From NCBI GenBank assembly GCA_029953675.1, contig JAMWBK010000008.1, positions 1,632,001 through 1,880,000 of the forward strand: 248,000 nt of DNA. Direction: 5' to 3'. Source of the stretch: Rhodosorus marinus CCMP1338. Taxonomy: Eukaryota > Plantae > Rhodophyta. The position numbers and the translations under genes were made by a program. Shown piece by piece: positions 107,150 through 120,900 of the stretch. Under the pieces are notes generated by a model, which ran no database searches, was not told the origin of the DNA, and saw only the letters and a program-made list of their open reading frames with translations. Positions within the stretch are counted from its first letter, which is position 1. Each line of letters opens with the position of its first letter.

Positions 107150-109640
107150 TTTGCCTCGGGCTAAACCGATTCCGAATATTTGGAAGGCCCTGGTGGTCCC
107201 CGAAGAGTTGCTGATCTTGTCGTTTAGGACGCGGACGGCCCCCGCAAACAAGTACGAAGACCTGACTCCTCCTTGTCCGCTTACCTACGTTACTCGTCTT
107301 CTTCGACTCGAGAGCATCATGCCCCGCCGCAAGGAGATGGTGACCAGGAGGTCCTTACGAACGTCACCACCCTGCAGTCGACTGGGTCACACCGGCTCCT
107401 TCCACTTGTTATTGAGATACTTGGATTCATTAAGAGCTCATGTATGGTCACCTACGGACCTGGTTTTGACTGGATAGCTTTTGTTCTCTTTGGCTTCATG
107501 GCCTGCTTCCAGGCGACCCGGCTCGTCTTGATGGCCTCCTCACGAAGCATCAAGACGAGCCGGTCTTTGATATACTGGCGCTCCAATTCTGCTTCATTGT
107601 TGGACGGGCATCCATCATCAGCTTGTTCTTTCAGGCTTCTCGGGGTAGTTGGCCTCTGAATAGAATGTCTCTCCTGAGCAAAAACAAGTCGTAAAAAAGT
107701 ATCTAAAAGTATTTTAAAAATATTAAAATGTGCTGCAGGTATTGCAAAAGTACAGAAAATTATAGAAATGCGAAGCTGGAATTGGAGCATCGACTTTAGC
107801 TCGTCGAGTGGAGAGCTCATCGACTGCCACCCTTGGCAATTGAGCGTTGTGGTTTCATGAATTCCGTTGGTTTCCTGTTGGGTTCGCGAAGTGTTCCGCG
107901 AGCACCCCGACTGGCTTTGCTCGTTGTTAACCCGCTTGAGTTTCCTGTGGTGGCGTATGCAGGCTGCTTTTGTGGGAGAAATGCGTGACCTTCATCAGGT
108001 TATTCAGAGCCTAACTTTCCTGGAAGCGAGAGACCAGACGCTGATGACGCGCGTCTACAAACAAAGCAGCATTTCAGCGCCACAGGGTCAAAAAAAGCTC
108101 CGTGAGCAGACTATCTAGACGCCCTGGGTCGTTGCGAAAGATACCTCGCAGCCAGCGAGAACCTACACTATCTATCAAGCCAAAGCATGCAATAATGAGG
108201 GGGACAAACCGATATGTCGAGAGGTAGGGTTTGACATCGCTGCCGCGTACTGCAATTCTGTAACGTGACCTTCGAGTTCAGTAGTCTTTTTTTCCGCTCG
108301 GGCTTTTTGTTGGTCCCTGAATCAACACATTGATTCATTCAATTTTTTGCGCCCTAACTTTTCCACTTGCAAATTCGGTCCACCTTTACTTCAAACTAAC
108401 TCAACAGCCAAGCCTGCTAGAAAGGTTTTATAGCTGTTTGCTACTGCTTGTAGAAGCCCACTCGAGAGGTAAGAATGTAGAGAACACGACTAGTTACTAC
108501 TGTATTGGCCCTTTCTTGACCTGTTCAGCCGTTCAGGGTTCTTTTCTTGATTTCGTCGATCGTTCACAACTCTCTTATTTCTCTTCGGACAGCTTCCCTT
108601 GCTCTCATCCCGGTGGAAAGTTAGCTTCCCACTTTGCGGACTCGCAACAAACTACATAAATTTCCGCTTTGGCTGTCCTTTTCTTTACCTGAGCGGAGCG
108701 GAGCCGACAATGTCCCAGTTTCCCAAGCACCTGTATTTACGAAACCTTCATTAAAAATTCCATGTCCTCTGATGGAGACGATCGATAGCCCTCACGACCG
108801 CTTAAACACTTTGACTACTTACGCTCCGGCGGGTGAAGTGGGCGTGCTGGCTTTAATACGAGGTCTTGGTGAGGGGCGCCTACCTAGGACTCTCTCCTCA
108901 CAACTGGGTGACGTTTTCGAGGAGTTAACGACAGCCATGCGGTAGTGTACTGCGCTCGAAAGCGGTACCCAGCCTCGTTATAGCTCCTGGGAGGAGGTTC
109001 TCTCGCCTTTTTGAGTCCTGCTATCGCAGACTCTCGGGCCGCGGCGAGTTTGGACAACGTCGAGACGGTTGCTGGGAACGGCGCCTGTGTTACTGAAGCC
109101 GAACCTATTGTCGACACTGACGGTATCCTTGCCGCAGACGACGGCGAAGCCCCTGCCTGTTTCGCAGACTACCTAAATGACGAACGCCGAGTGGCTGACC
109201 TCGTGGTGACCTGTAACGATAGCCGCCGTACGACGTACGTTGATCTTGCTGCATCTGATGCTCAGGCTAGTCGTTTTTGCCGGCTGCGGGAGAGCGACGT
109301 GGATTTTTGCGGCTGTCAGTGCGAGACGTCGCGAAGAGTTGAAATAGGCGGGGCCTTTTGTCTTCCCCAGGCATTTGTGCTTCGGATCTAGCTCATCGCC
109401 TGGTACCTCTGGTCGTTGAGTGCTTTGGGTTTTTGGATTACGTTAGCTCCCTTCGGCTTCGGGAGTGTTCGGCGAACGCCCTGACCGTCTCTCCTCGTTG
109501 GTCACCCGTTTAAGTTTCTTGCTGTGGCGTATGAACGCTGCTACTATGATGTTGGAAGCGCGCGACCTTAGCCGCGAGTTGTCGTCTCTTTTCCCTCCAG
109601 GTTTTTGCTTTCAGTCTCCGATTAAACAGCTTCAAATTCA
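107150..109640. mobile_element. Further degraded CRE-like B/C fragments
   Basis: VADLVVTCNDSRRTTYVDL; family B and C 3' ends. Confidence 0.6.
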
Positions 109641-110603
109641 GCATAATTCTAGTCTTGTCCAGTTTCTTTGGGGCATAAAATCTAAAAGCGTCTAGATCTA
109701 CGGAGATAATATATCTTATCCGCTCTAAACAGGCTTTTGGAATTATTCTGGTAAACTTTTCCACATAGAAGGAGTATTCAAGGGTCAGTTGGCCTTAGAT
109801 ATAGTTTAAAAGGAATAAAAAGTAGGAAAAGTGGGGTTACATGGTTAAAATTCTGTGGCGGATAGCACACAGCATGGGAGTCAACCTCAACACCCCCAGG
109901 CCCACTTGGATCGGGAACTGTTCTATGATGATGTGCCAAGAAGGCAATACATCGTATACTCGAGTGAGTACACTCGTCCCACGGGATTCGTTCGTGAATC
110001 GGACAGAAGTTCTCAGGATCAGCAATGAACAATTGTGATTGGGGAACTATTACACCTACGCTTGGTGTGCTGCCCACGTCACATGCGGAGGTAGCCGTGT
110101 CTCAGAGGACAGAAGCTCTCAGGATCTTCAACGACGCAATTGTATTTTCGAGTTTCCGGGTGACAGCATGCAGCTTCGATCCTACGGTTGGTGTCCGACC
110201 CATGTCGCATGCGGAGGCAACTAGCCGAGTCACAGAGGGGGGTGGCGCTATGGAAATTCATTCAAGGAAACTAACACGGATGTACGGCAACAGGAATGAG
110301 CGTGTTCGTGGGGTGAGAGAGCCATTAAAAGCTTGAAACATCAGCCAGTTTATAAAGTTGAGCTCCGCTAGTCAGAAAATTAATCTAATCAGGGCCCCCG
110401 CCTCATTGAGAGCCATTAAAAACTCGAAACATCAGCCAATTTATAAAAGTTGAGCAAGTCACAAAAATTAATCTAATGAGGGGGGGGAACCTCAACGCGC
110501 GAGGGTGCCCATTATCCATGGCCTCGTGCAAACCGAACGTATACTTGCTAATCCCGTGACGCTTAGTCGCTGAGATTGGATCTGAGGGAACCACAGAAAG
110601 TAT

Positions 110604-112127
110604 CTAGAAATAGATTTTGTCTGCTCCTGGACCGCCGTTGATGATATCTCGACCACCACCTAGGGTAATCGTGTCGTCTCCATCCCCGCCAAAAATCGTG
110701 TCATCTCCAGAACCAGTGACGATCTTATCATCACCCTCACCTCCTTCAACCCTATTGTCCCCAACCCTGTCCGTTAGTTTGTCTTCACCGTCCCCGCCAT
110801 AGATTTTGTCATCTCCTTCGCCACCGAAGACATCATCATTTCCATCATCTGCGTAAATAACGTCATCTCCACCACCACCGTAAATCTCGTCCTTGCCCTC
110901 TCCACCCCTAACCCTGTCCACTCCATCTCCTCCTCTGATGTAGTCATTGCCGCTGCCACCGAACAGCTGATCGTAGGTATATCCTGTGTCCCGAACGTCA
111001 TCATCGCCCGCACCGCCTTGTGTGAGATCACGGCCACTTCCAGTTTCAATGATGTCATTACCATCGCCACCATAGTTTGTATTGTTTCCCTCTGAATCCT
111101 TGATCGTGTCATTTCCAGCACCCCCGAAGTTCTTATCGTGCCGTGCGCCACCATCCAAAAAGTCCTTACCACCACCACCATCTAGGGTATCATTATTACC
111201 CTCGCCGAAGAGGGAATCTGAACCGGATTCCCCAAATATCTGGTCCTGACCATCACCACCGTAAACAATGTCGTCTCCGGAACCGGCGTAGATCTTATCG
111301 TTTCCACCAAGGCCATAGATGAGATCGTTGCCGTTGGTCCCGAAGATAATATCATCGCCTTCGGTTCCGAAGATGATGTTGTCGATTCCCGGAGGAAGCG
111401 ATGGTTGTGGCTTTCGAGTCGGTGATGGTGACGGAGCCTGAGTCTCTTGCGGAGGGTCAGTAGGATTTGGATTATACGATGTTACAGTGGGAGTCGAGGT
111501 AGGTTCAGGATCGGGAGGATCCCGGCAGGCAAATGGAACCTGACAAAATAGTTCGTCGTCACCATATGTTCTACACTCTTTGCTGGAGGTGTAGAGCCAA
111601 ACCGTCGCTCCTGTAGGGCTTGACGCCTTCACCTGCACTGCAAGGCACGCTTTCGTATTGCAGCAGCTGTCAGCAGTCGACTCGATCTGATCTAAACAGA
111701 TGAGAATTCGATCTTTCGGGTCTGGATCGGTCCTTACATCCTTCACGATCGGATGGCGGGCACTGCCCGTGGGAAGATTGTTGTTGCAATTCTCGAAGAC
111801 CCCGGCATATATCTTCTTAATTTTTATGCCATCGTTAGTTTGGAAGTTCACCCGCATACAAGGACCACGACCAGAGACTTCCCTGTTAACAATGCAATAA
111901 GAGCCCAGCTTTACATTATTTTCATCTCTCAAACTCGAACACAAGGCGCGGAAGAATCCGTTATGCGCAGAACGGTAACCAGCCCTGCACGTCCCCGCAA
112001 CGCCTCTCGCTGCAGGAAGCAACTCAACATCCGTCGAATCCAGGCCTCTCTGTCCTACCCTGACACCTCCAATATCAGAAACGCCCAACACCAAAACCAC
112101 AACAAACGCAACACCCAACTTGCCCAT
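110604..112127 (-). CDS. Secreted Cys-rich module + PT linker + RTX-type Ca2+-binding repeats
   Basis: Signal peptide; more than 20 GGxGxD repeats. Confidence 0.85.
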   Translation of the reverse strand: MGKLGVAFVVVLVLGVSDIGGVRVGQRGLDSTDVELLPAARGVAGTCRAGYRSAHNGFFRALCSSLRDENNVKLGSYCIVNREVSGRGPCMRVNFQTNDGIKIKKIYAGVFENCNNNLPTGSARHPIVKDVRTDPDPKDRILICLDQIESTADSCCNTKACLAVQVKASSPTGATVWLYTSSKECRTYGDDELFCQVPFACRDPPDPEPTSTPTVTSYNPNPTDPPQETQAPSPSPTRKPQPSLPPGIDNIIFGTEGDDIIFGTNGNDLIYGLGGNDKIYAGSGDDIVYGGDGQDQIFGESGSDSLFGEGNNDTLDGGGGKDFLDGGARHDKNFGGAGNDTIKDSEGNNTNYGGDGNDIIETGSGRDLTQGGAGDDDVRDTGYTYDQLFGGSGNDYIRGGDGVDRVRGGEGKDEIYGGGGDDVIYADDGNDDVFGGEGDDKIYGGDGEDKLTDRVGDNRVEGGEGDDKIVTGSGDDTIFGGDGDDTITLGGGRDIINGGPGADKIYF

Positions 112128-115100
112128 TTTTTTTCCTGCTCTCCAACCCCCACCCCGTTCAGTTTACCGAAAACAAAGGCTACACCAAGTCCAAGCTAAT
112201 CAATCCTCCTTCCCCATAGACCTCGATCCACTTCATAAACAACCCAAAAAAAGGATGACATGCTCTGCTTCCTTCAGAACAAAAAAAAAAAAACAGAATG
112301 GGACCAATCGCGTTTTTTCCAACAACCTACACCAACCTCCCCTCTCCCTCCTCTCCCTCCTCCCCACCCCACCACTTCCCAATGATATGCCCTTTCAGCC
112401 TACCAGAAACAAAAACCAGACAATTCATCTAGCCGTTCATCCTCCTAATAGAGTGCGAGACACACACACACAACACATACACACACTCATTCACGCTCAG
112501 TCACACTCACGGACACTCTCACAAGTACAAAACATCCATATCACACACCCCCATAATTCAGCTCCTAAATCCTCACTTGCCAACTCTCAATCCCTCAAAA
112601 AAATTACACCAAAAAAAACCGGTGCGAACTTACAAAATTTCCATCCCCCCCTAAAAAAAAACTCACCAGACACACACCTCGAAAACCAGCTGCCTGAGCG
112701 CCCAGGCACTTTCAATGTCCACGTAGTTGTTTCCGTCCCATGATCACTAATGCCGTTAAAAATCCTTTTTTTTAAAACTCGATCATGTATATCATATATA
112801 AAACAAGTTTTGGTTTGGAAAATATTCATAAAATCAATATGACCTTTCTTTCGAAAGGAAAACGCGGGCTTTTTTGCTTTGGTAGTTGTTTTTTTTCATA
112901 GATTAGAATGGGGTTGTATGGAAAGTTCGGTGTCATCCGTTGATGGAATTAGTCTAATCTTTGTCTTTCTCTTTTTCCCGTTTGAGAAAAGAAAATTTTT
113001 TTTCGGTACGTATTTATTTTTTTGGCATTGTGATGATGATTATGGCGGCGAACACCAAAACAAGAAAATATAGGGTGGTTGGATTTCTTTCCGACGACCC
113101 ACCCCCTTTTTCCTTTTTTTTCCAACTCTTTAAATGGTTGCGAACAACGATTGTATTAAATAGTCTCCAGAATACACATTCTAGATAAGGCCGGGTATAA
113201 TTTAGGGGGAACAAGGGGAGGAGGGTGGAGGGGGGTAAAATCAGATGATCCCACCCTCCTCCCCTTTTTCCTTTTAAATTATACGCGGGGACACACACAC
113301 ACTCATGCAACACTCACACAAAAGTCGACTCTGCTTAGCAAAATGTCTTGAAATATTAGAACAAGTTTAATAATTCAGCTTGCAGTAGGAAAGGACAGGA
113401 AAGGACTCTTTTTTGTTGCCTTTGTACCATTTTTGGGGGGAAAAAATGGAATAGAGCGAGGATTGTATCCTCGGGCAACGAGATTTAGAAAAACGTAATA
113501 AAAACGAATACGAATCAGATGTAAAAATGCACGAAAAAAATACCTTATATACTGAAGTAGTTCAGTTGCATGACAAACATCGAAAAAAAAAATGATAAAT
113601 CCGCCGAGCATGAATATGAGTACTAATTTCAAGTATTCTGTTGTTTCCGTTGTTTTTGCTTGACAACTATTGGTTGACAATGGATCTCCGCATCTGCCAT
113701 TCTTTTTTGTTGTATTAATGCTCACACATTTTTTTGGATCCCAGTATATGATCTTTTTCTTTTCGAAATAGAGAGTATTTCTTCCTGTTTTCTACGTACA
113801 TCAAATGGTATTTTTTTTTCCTTCTATGTGGAACAACCTGGCTGGGAATCGTTGTGGGTCAGGATTGGGCCCAGCCGACTTTGTGACGCTGTCTAGAGGA
113901 CGTCAGCTGACGCTTTGCATTCTAACGAGGCTTTCTTGTGCTCGGAATATTTCTCCATCTGTTTTGAGGGCGGAAGATTTGGTTGCACGTTGATGTATCG
114001 GCTATCAGCGGGGTTTTGCTTTTGAGCGCTGTTGGTTGACTACAACCCGGCAAGCAAGATCGACATCCACCCACGAAAAACGGACGATAAACACTAGATG
114101 CGGAACCCCGCCCCGCTCGTTGAAACAAGTCGATTTGCCAGAATTACAACAAGCGCCGAGCGAAAAGCTCACCACCTAGTTTGTAAACTTTGGTTCAAGG
114201 CCAGCTCTCTCCACTTTCATCAAGCCTCTCACTGCACAAGGGGCTGTGTTGTTTTCTTGTTCCATATCATCATCACTCTTTGGAAGCGATTCTGTGGCCG
114301 TGCATATTGGTGCAAGCAGTAATTGAAATCCTGTTTTCGCAATGTGGGAAAATGCCGAGTCGCAATTTTACCATCTGGCGCATTCGTTTCTAGAACGTTG
114401 CTACCGGGAGAAAGAAGAGGACGGTCCCAAACAGAAAGCATGGCAAGAAAAAAAGAGGGTAAATCGCGGCAAATAGGCCGACGCTTTGCGTTGAAACGCG
114501 GCGCTCTTTGACCAAACTAACTACATCTACCAAAGCGCTCCAGAAAAAGTAGTTGTAAGACTTGCTCTAGAACCGGATACTCCGAAAGACTCTTGATCCT
114601 AAGCCAGTAGTTGGCCGAGGAGAGGAGATGTAGAAAAAACAACTAAACCACAACGCTATTTTCCTTTTTGTTTGTTTTGAAGAAGGGAGAGCATCGATTT
114701 TTTTTTTTTTCATAGGCTCTTACGATGCCGCTCGGCTCCAGCTCGTGGGAAAGGAGAGACTACTCCAGCCACAACTGACTTGTGGCATGAGGGACCGTTT
114801 CACTTTTAGGTTTCTGGCGGCAGGATGGTTTGCTCCTCTTTTTTTTTTCTATAACATTTTTTTCACGTATCTGAACACGAGAGAGTGGTTCCTTGGCCCG
114901 TTAAAACTGGCCCGATAAAAAGTGGATGATCTATTTATCAATTTCGCTTTTTTAGGATGAGCAAACTTTCAGAGAAATCCGCCATTTTCATGCCGTGAAA
115001 ATCTACGCCTTGGTCGAGCTCAGAAAATACTTAGACTTAGGAACTATCTATTCTGCTTTTCCAGTACTAAGCCCTGCTAGAGCCGCAAAATTGCGCCAGT

Positions 115101-116329
115101 TAAATATTTAGTACCGATTGGATAGATAGCAAAGTCATTGGTCGAGCAGTTCCGGAGGGCTAGTTCTGTCGTGGGGTTTTTCTTCCAAAACATGGATCTG
115201 GGTCCGTGTCGTCGGCTTACAACTAACAAAACTGGCCTTTTTCGCCCATCGCGAAACCATTTTTTCTTCCTATTTTCCTTAAACTAGAGAAAAATCGTGT
115301 TTAATTTGTTGTGAAGATGCCTAAATTTCTAAACACAGGTTTGCCGCTCCCTGTCAATGACAGTTTTATCAGCGATCTCAGCTCACACAGCAGTGGAGTA
115401 CGTGCCCAGCAGTGATTCATCATCGCCTACTCCTGAACATGAAAAATAAAAAAAAGCAAAAAATTATACTAGTGGTAATATTCAAGAATAATCTCAAAGA
115501 AAGAAAAAGAGAAAAGTACTGGGTTGTGAATATTCTTAGAATTCCCGACGAACTCTCTCTTTCTTTCTTTTTTTCATTTTGTTGCTATTTTTTCCTTTTA
115601 TTTCTGTAACACTACGTTCAGAAGCCGCTTTAAGCGTAGGTAATATTTATCAAAACATGGAAAAATAATGAGCACTCGCTGTCGAGTTCGTTCCATGACA
115701 AAAGGCTTAGGAGAACGACTCCAAAAATGGAGGCCTTCCATCATGAGATTGTTCCTACGAGCCTGACGAAACTATACCAGTGAGAAGCGAGAAATAAGAC
115801 GCTGATGACGTATGTCCCAACAGTAAAGTGCTAGCGTTGGAACGGCAGAGTGTGGGACCCGCCTCGCCACCTTCGGTGCCTTGTGAAAACTGCTTACTTT
115901 TCAATAAGCCCTTTTTGAGAGTCGTATGAGCAGATTAGACACTCAACGATACCCAAGATGGCAAACACCAATTTGTCCCGTTGGAACGGAAAAAGCGGGA
116001 CAAAAAAACTCAAAACGTACTATCGCAGAATTATCCTCAGCCAGCCAATCATTCCAAAGGTTAGACTTTCATGTCCCGAAAACAAGAACATGTTTTCAAC
116101 TTTGACAAATCCAGGAGACATTGCTGGGTGACGTTGATATTGGTCAGCTGGCTGGGAGTCCCAACAGACTACTACTCCTATTCTCCAAGTTGCTATTGTC
116201 TAATTGCTGATCGAAAAGGCACATACGTTCAGTTTTATCTTGTTTTGAGGTTTGTAAAGGCGGCGTGAATTTGTACACTAAGCTGATTAAGCAAAGGGGA
116301 GGGTGGATTTCTATGCGAAGCGTCACTAT

Positions 116330-117200
116330 CCTCGTCCTTAGGGGGCCGATTGGAATGATGGTGGATGTTTCCACGGACCGGATTTCTGCTTTTGGCCGCG
116401 CCTGCTATTCCGTAGGCTCCCTCCCAACTGAGGAATTAGTTCCGTTTACTTTTGTATCGGACTTCGTTACGCTCGGATAGGGGTGATCTCACGCCGTTTT
116501 CATACAGTTACTGATGATATCCTCCATATCATGTCCGCAGAGTACTCCTCCTGGCATCGAAGAAAAAGTTATAGGCCGGCACTACCTTCCCCCACGTGAT
116601 GCGCCTGGTAGTATGCAGGCTAGTCTCGTCCTTGGGGCGCAATTGGAATGATGGTCCATGTTTCCCCGGACTGGATTTCTGCTTGCGTCTGCTATTACTT
116701 AGGCTCCCAACTGAGGAATTCATTCCGTTTACTTCTGTAACGCACTGCGTTACGCTCGCATAGGGGTGACCTCACAGCCTTTTTTATAGAGTCACTGATG
116801 ATATCCAAGGCCATGCCCGCAGAGTGCTCACCCTGGCATGATCGAAGACTAGCTATATTCCGGCAATGTCTTCCCCACGGGATGTGGGCTGCCTTTCGCA
116901 GATTCCCAACTGAAGAATTGCGTTTACTTCTGTAACAAACTGGGTTGTGCTCGGATAAGGGTGACCTCATGCCATCATAATAGATTCAATGATGATATCC
117001 TAGGCCATGTCAGTGCATCCACCTGCCATGATCATAGACTAAGTATATCCCGACAATGTCTTCACCACGCGACTTCTGCTTGCGCCCGCTGTTGCGCGGG
117101 CTCTCCATCTGTCCAGTTCCGTTTACTCCTGTAATGGACTGCGCATTCTCGGACAGGCGCGACCTCATGTCGTTTTTCATAGAGTCAATGGTGACCTAGG
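116330..117200. repeat. Degenerate ~200-bp tandem repeat
   Basis: CTCCCAACTGAGGAATT...CTGATGATATCC units at ~116420, 116700, 116900 and 117110 (outlier at ~117785). Confidence 0.7.
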
Positions 117201-117929
117201 CCGTGTCTGCAGAGTGCTCCCCCTGACATGATCGAATGCGACTGGATCCCGACAATTGATTGTAGATTCGGGTATTGGAGCGGTACCAAGTTGTTAGTGC
117301 AACTCCCTACTCTATTAGACGTCTCGGTTTGTTTTTAACCATCATCGGTTTAGATCCGAGCCCAAGTTCCCCGAATGAGGTACTCTAGGAAGGCGTGCTG
117401 ATTGCCCCTCTGGACCGTCAGCCCGTGACGGTCCCTACTCACCGTCGAACCCACATTGTGAGTAATCCTTTCATTGCTGTCTAGCAAGTTGGCCTTTTTT
117501 GTGATTGCGGCTTTGAACCAGTAGCGATGGGATCAAATACACCATGCAGATTGAGTCTTATCTGATCTCATTGTGCAAGTTCTGTTTTCGGTCCTCCCCC
117601 CCTGTCGATTTGCTGGACGAATACTTTCGAAATCCTTGTCCTTTGCGGAGGAGCCAAACTCCCGAGTGGGGTTGCGGCTTCTGGAGAGTAGGGAAAGAGC
117701 CATTCATCTCCCCCTCGAGGCGCAACCGGAATACTTGTGAGTGTTTCCACGAAATTTCTGCTTTTGCTTGCCGTCAGGCAGGTTCCCAACTGAGGAATTC
117801 CGTTTCCTCCTGTACCGGGCTGCTGGATGCTTGGAGAGCACTCCATGCCGTTTTCACTGAGTCAACAATGATATCCTAGGTCATGTCCGGAGCGTGCCCC
117901 GGCTAACATGATCTAAAAAAAGATAACGG

Positions 117930-120900
117930 GAGGCTCTAATTCGGTTGTTCAGCGGAATTACGGCGGAGCCTGAAGAACCCATGAGCGTAAATGAAGCTAT
118001 GGAGAGTGGTCTTGCCCCCGAATGGCGAGAAGCCATGGATGAAGAAGTGAAATCACTATTGTCCCTCATCGGTCAGGCCCGTGCTTCATCGGATTTAATT
118101 CCTTATCCGTTAATCGCGCTTCTTCAGCAGTCTTTTCTGAGCCTATCTCGTCCAGGAACTCATCGTCCTCGTTTTATTCCTCGTGATGGGTCAAATGTTC
118201 CACTACAGCATCGGTGATAGGACTCCTTTGAAGACCTTTACATCGGAACACCTTGGGGTTGATCTTCGCATCCCTCATATATGTAATTTCCCCAGTCTCA
118301 ACCTGAACATCGTAATTGCCGCATGCTCCAAGCCCTCTTCACAATCATTCGCAAAGCGCCTCTGCAACTGTGCTTGTGCACCCAAATGCTTCACGTAATC
118401 ACTGGTCTGCTCCAAAAGATGCATAACGAGATCGCTCTTCATCTCCTCGAGGTATTTCATATACTCTTCCTCATCATTCTCCTTGAGAGCCTTGAACGGG
118501 TCCTGCTCGAGTACTTTTCCGTTTGGAATTCCTGGCGCATCTCCTTTTTGGCTACCGCGTCGATGCCAGTTGAAGCTGCCTTCACAACTTCCTCTCGCTT
118601 TCCGCGCTACTCCGGCGTTTCACCGGTTTCATGTTTCCGTACGTTCGCACGTTTACACCGGCGGAGATCCGTCCGGTTCTTGAGGAGCTACACCGCGAGT
118701 TGGGATGCATTCGACCATAGCTTTGAGTTTCCGATCGAGAACGATTGATTTTCGTCTTGCTGCAGGCATTTTAATCAGCTTTGGGTGATTATCCACGTTC
118801 GATAATTGCTCAGTACTGTCTCAAGAACCCATTACTCACGTGCCTTTACGACCTCGACGTTTTTTTCAGGTTACGCAAAACATCGCCGTCAAGAATTTCC
118901 GCCAAATCTCCAATCTGGCGTAGCCACGGGCTCTCGCAGCAACGTTGAGATGGTTCGTTTTGACCAAAATTCGTCCATAGGCCCTTCAATCAGCCTGAGG
119001 TTCTCTTTGCGCTTTCTCTTGCACTTTTCCCTTCAGAACGAGGTATTTCTTAGTGACTCTGCCCAAGTTCAAGCTGGCCTGAATCCGATTGTTTTGCCAA
119101 CTAGTCCAACATTAAACAGTACTTCTTCACGTACTGACACATTCCGCCCTTGTCTGTTGTGCATCTGGTACATATCCTGGGGTTCAAAACGTCTCCGTCA
119201 GCACGCGCACAGCCTCAACGCCATCAACGACGACACGCCCGCAAGACTTAATGGTAAGCAATTTTCATCAGCCTTCTTCAGCTGCTGAAATACCTACAGA
119301 GTTTGCTGTAAAAGTCCACGTTCTCCCGCTCGTTTGAATCATCGGCAACATAAGCCCGGAGAATCTTATCAAAAGTTTCCAGTCAGTCCGTAGGCGTAGT
119401 CACGACCATAGTTCCAAGAAGATTGGCTCCGCCCTCAGTTGCGCGAACAATATCTACCAAAGTGTCCGGTAAACTACGATAGAGATTCGATCAAGTCCTA
119501 TTTCGCAAAGTACACCATTCTCAGTTTTCCGACTTCAACTTCTCCACGTTGCTGCAATACTTGTTGCTGTACTTTATGTCTCTGGAGTTGCGACGCGGCA
119601 CCATCGTCATCATGACGGCTACTAAGCTCTCCTTTTCATCGTCCAAGTAATAGCTGTTCAGTCTGTTGAAAAACCAAATCAGTCAATATTGTAAATGATT
119701 GACTTTATGGCTTCAGTCAGCACCGGAGTGGTGGTCGTTGAGCTGGTCGGGGGTGGTTTTCACTGTCACCGGGATGTACTGGGGTTACGTTAGGGGGGAA
119801 ACATAGTCCATGTTCTCCGCCTAGTACAATCATTGTCTCCTTCCTCCCGGTGGTCTTTGAGGCCTTGCTTCACGCGAGTTCGTGGACTCTATGGGTCCAG
119901 TTGACTGCTAGCATCATGATCAATTGCGCACTTCAAACCTCTGCTTCCTGTTCTTCGCCTTGTTACAAGCAGGTAGACAAGACTTTCCTTTGCCAAGGAC
120001 TTCCTCCAACTCTTAACCTTCTGTACCACCCAGTCGCGTCCTCCTTCAGTATCTCTCGTCAAAACCTTCCAATCTCCAACGGGATAATTCAAAGCAGCTT
120101 AAGCTGTTTACAGCATGAGCTGGGCTCATAATCTTTTGGATTGTCTGTTTATTCATCTGAGTGTAACACTTTATCAACGTCATCCAGAGGACTTCATCTT
120201 CATCTCTCACTCGTTGACAGAACAACAACGCGAGTTCAATCCTGCCCTAAGTAGTCCCGAAGCCATGCCTCGTCTGAACTCTCAATGACCCCAAAGATCT
120301 TGATAGCAGACAGATCGGTCTAATCGGACGCTAACGTCCCTGAACGAGGTAAGCTAGAAAGATACGGTTATCTAGTCTGACCTTCCAACTAGGCTAGGGA
120401 CGCAATTCAGCACAGGCCATCACCCGAGGTGCGCCCTATCGGGTTGGGCCACGACACCAAGACTGCGCGTCGGTTTGTCCGTACGACCCTTGGTGATTGC
120501 CTCCGTGAAGAAATCGGGAATCATTTCATCCGTGCCGAGATATCTGAGTTGCGCTTCACCCGATACGTGACGCAACATCCTGCAGTGTCCAGTAGTCGCC
120601 CAACCTAGGCACGAATCACTATCAGTAAATGGGACTTTTTGGACGCAAGTTTGGCGGGTGATGAGGAAACCAGGAAGAGCACCTCGTGACCGTTGGTGAT
120701 GATCGGTGGATCAGTAAACCTTGTTTCGAGGGCCAACAACCCCGAGAAGGGAGCACTGCACTCGACGAAAGCAACGAGCCTCAAGGATAAGGGCGGCTGA
120801 ACGCCGCCACAGGGCTAGACTAAGCAGAAATTGGAAACGCGTGCAGAGATCAAGTTGATTCCCAAAGCGCGCACGGAACAGGAGAACTCCTGCACCGTCC

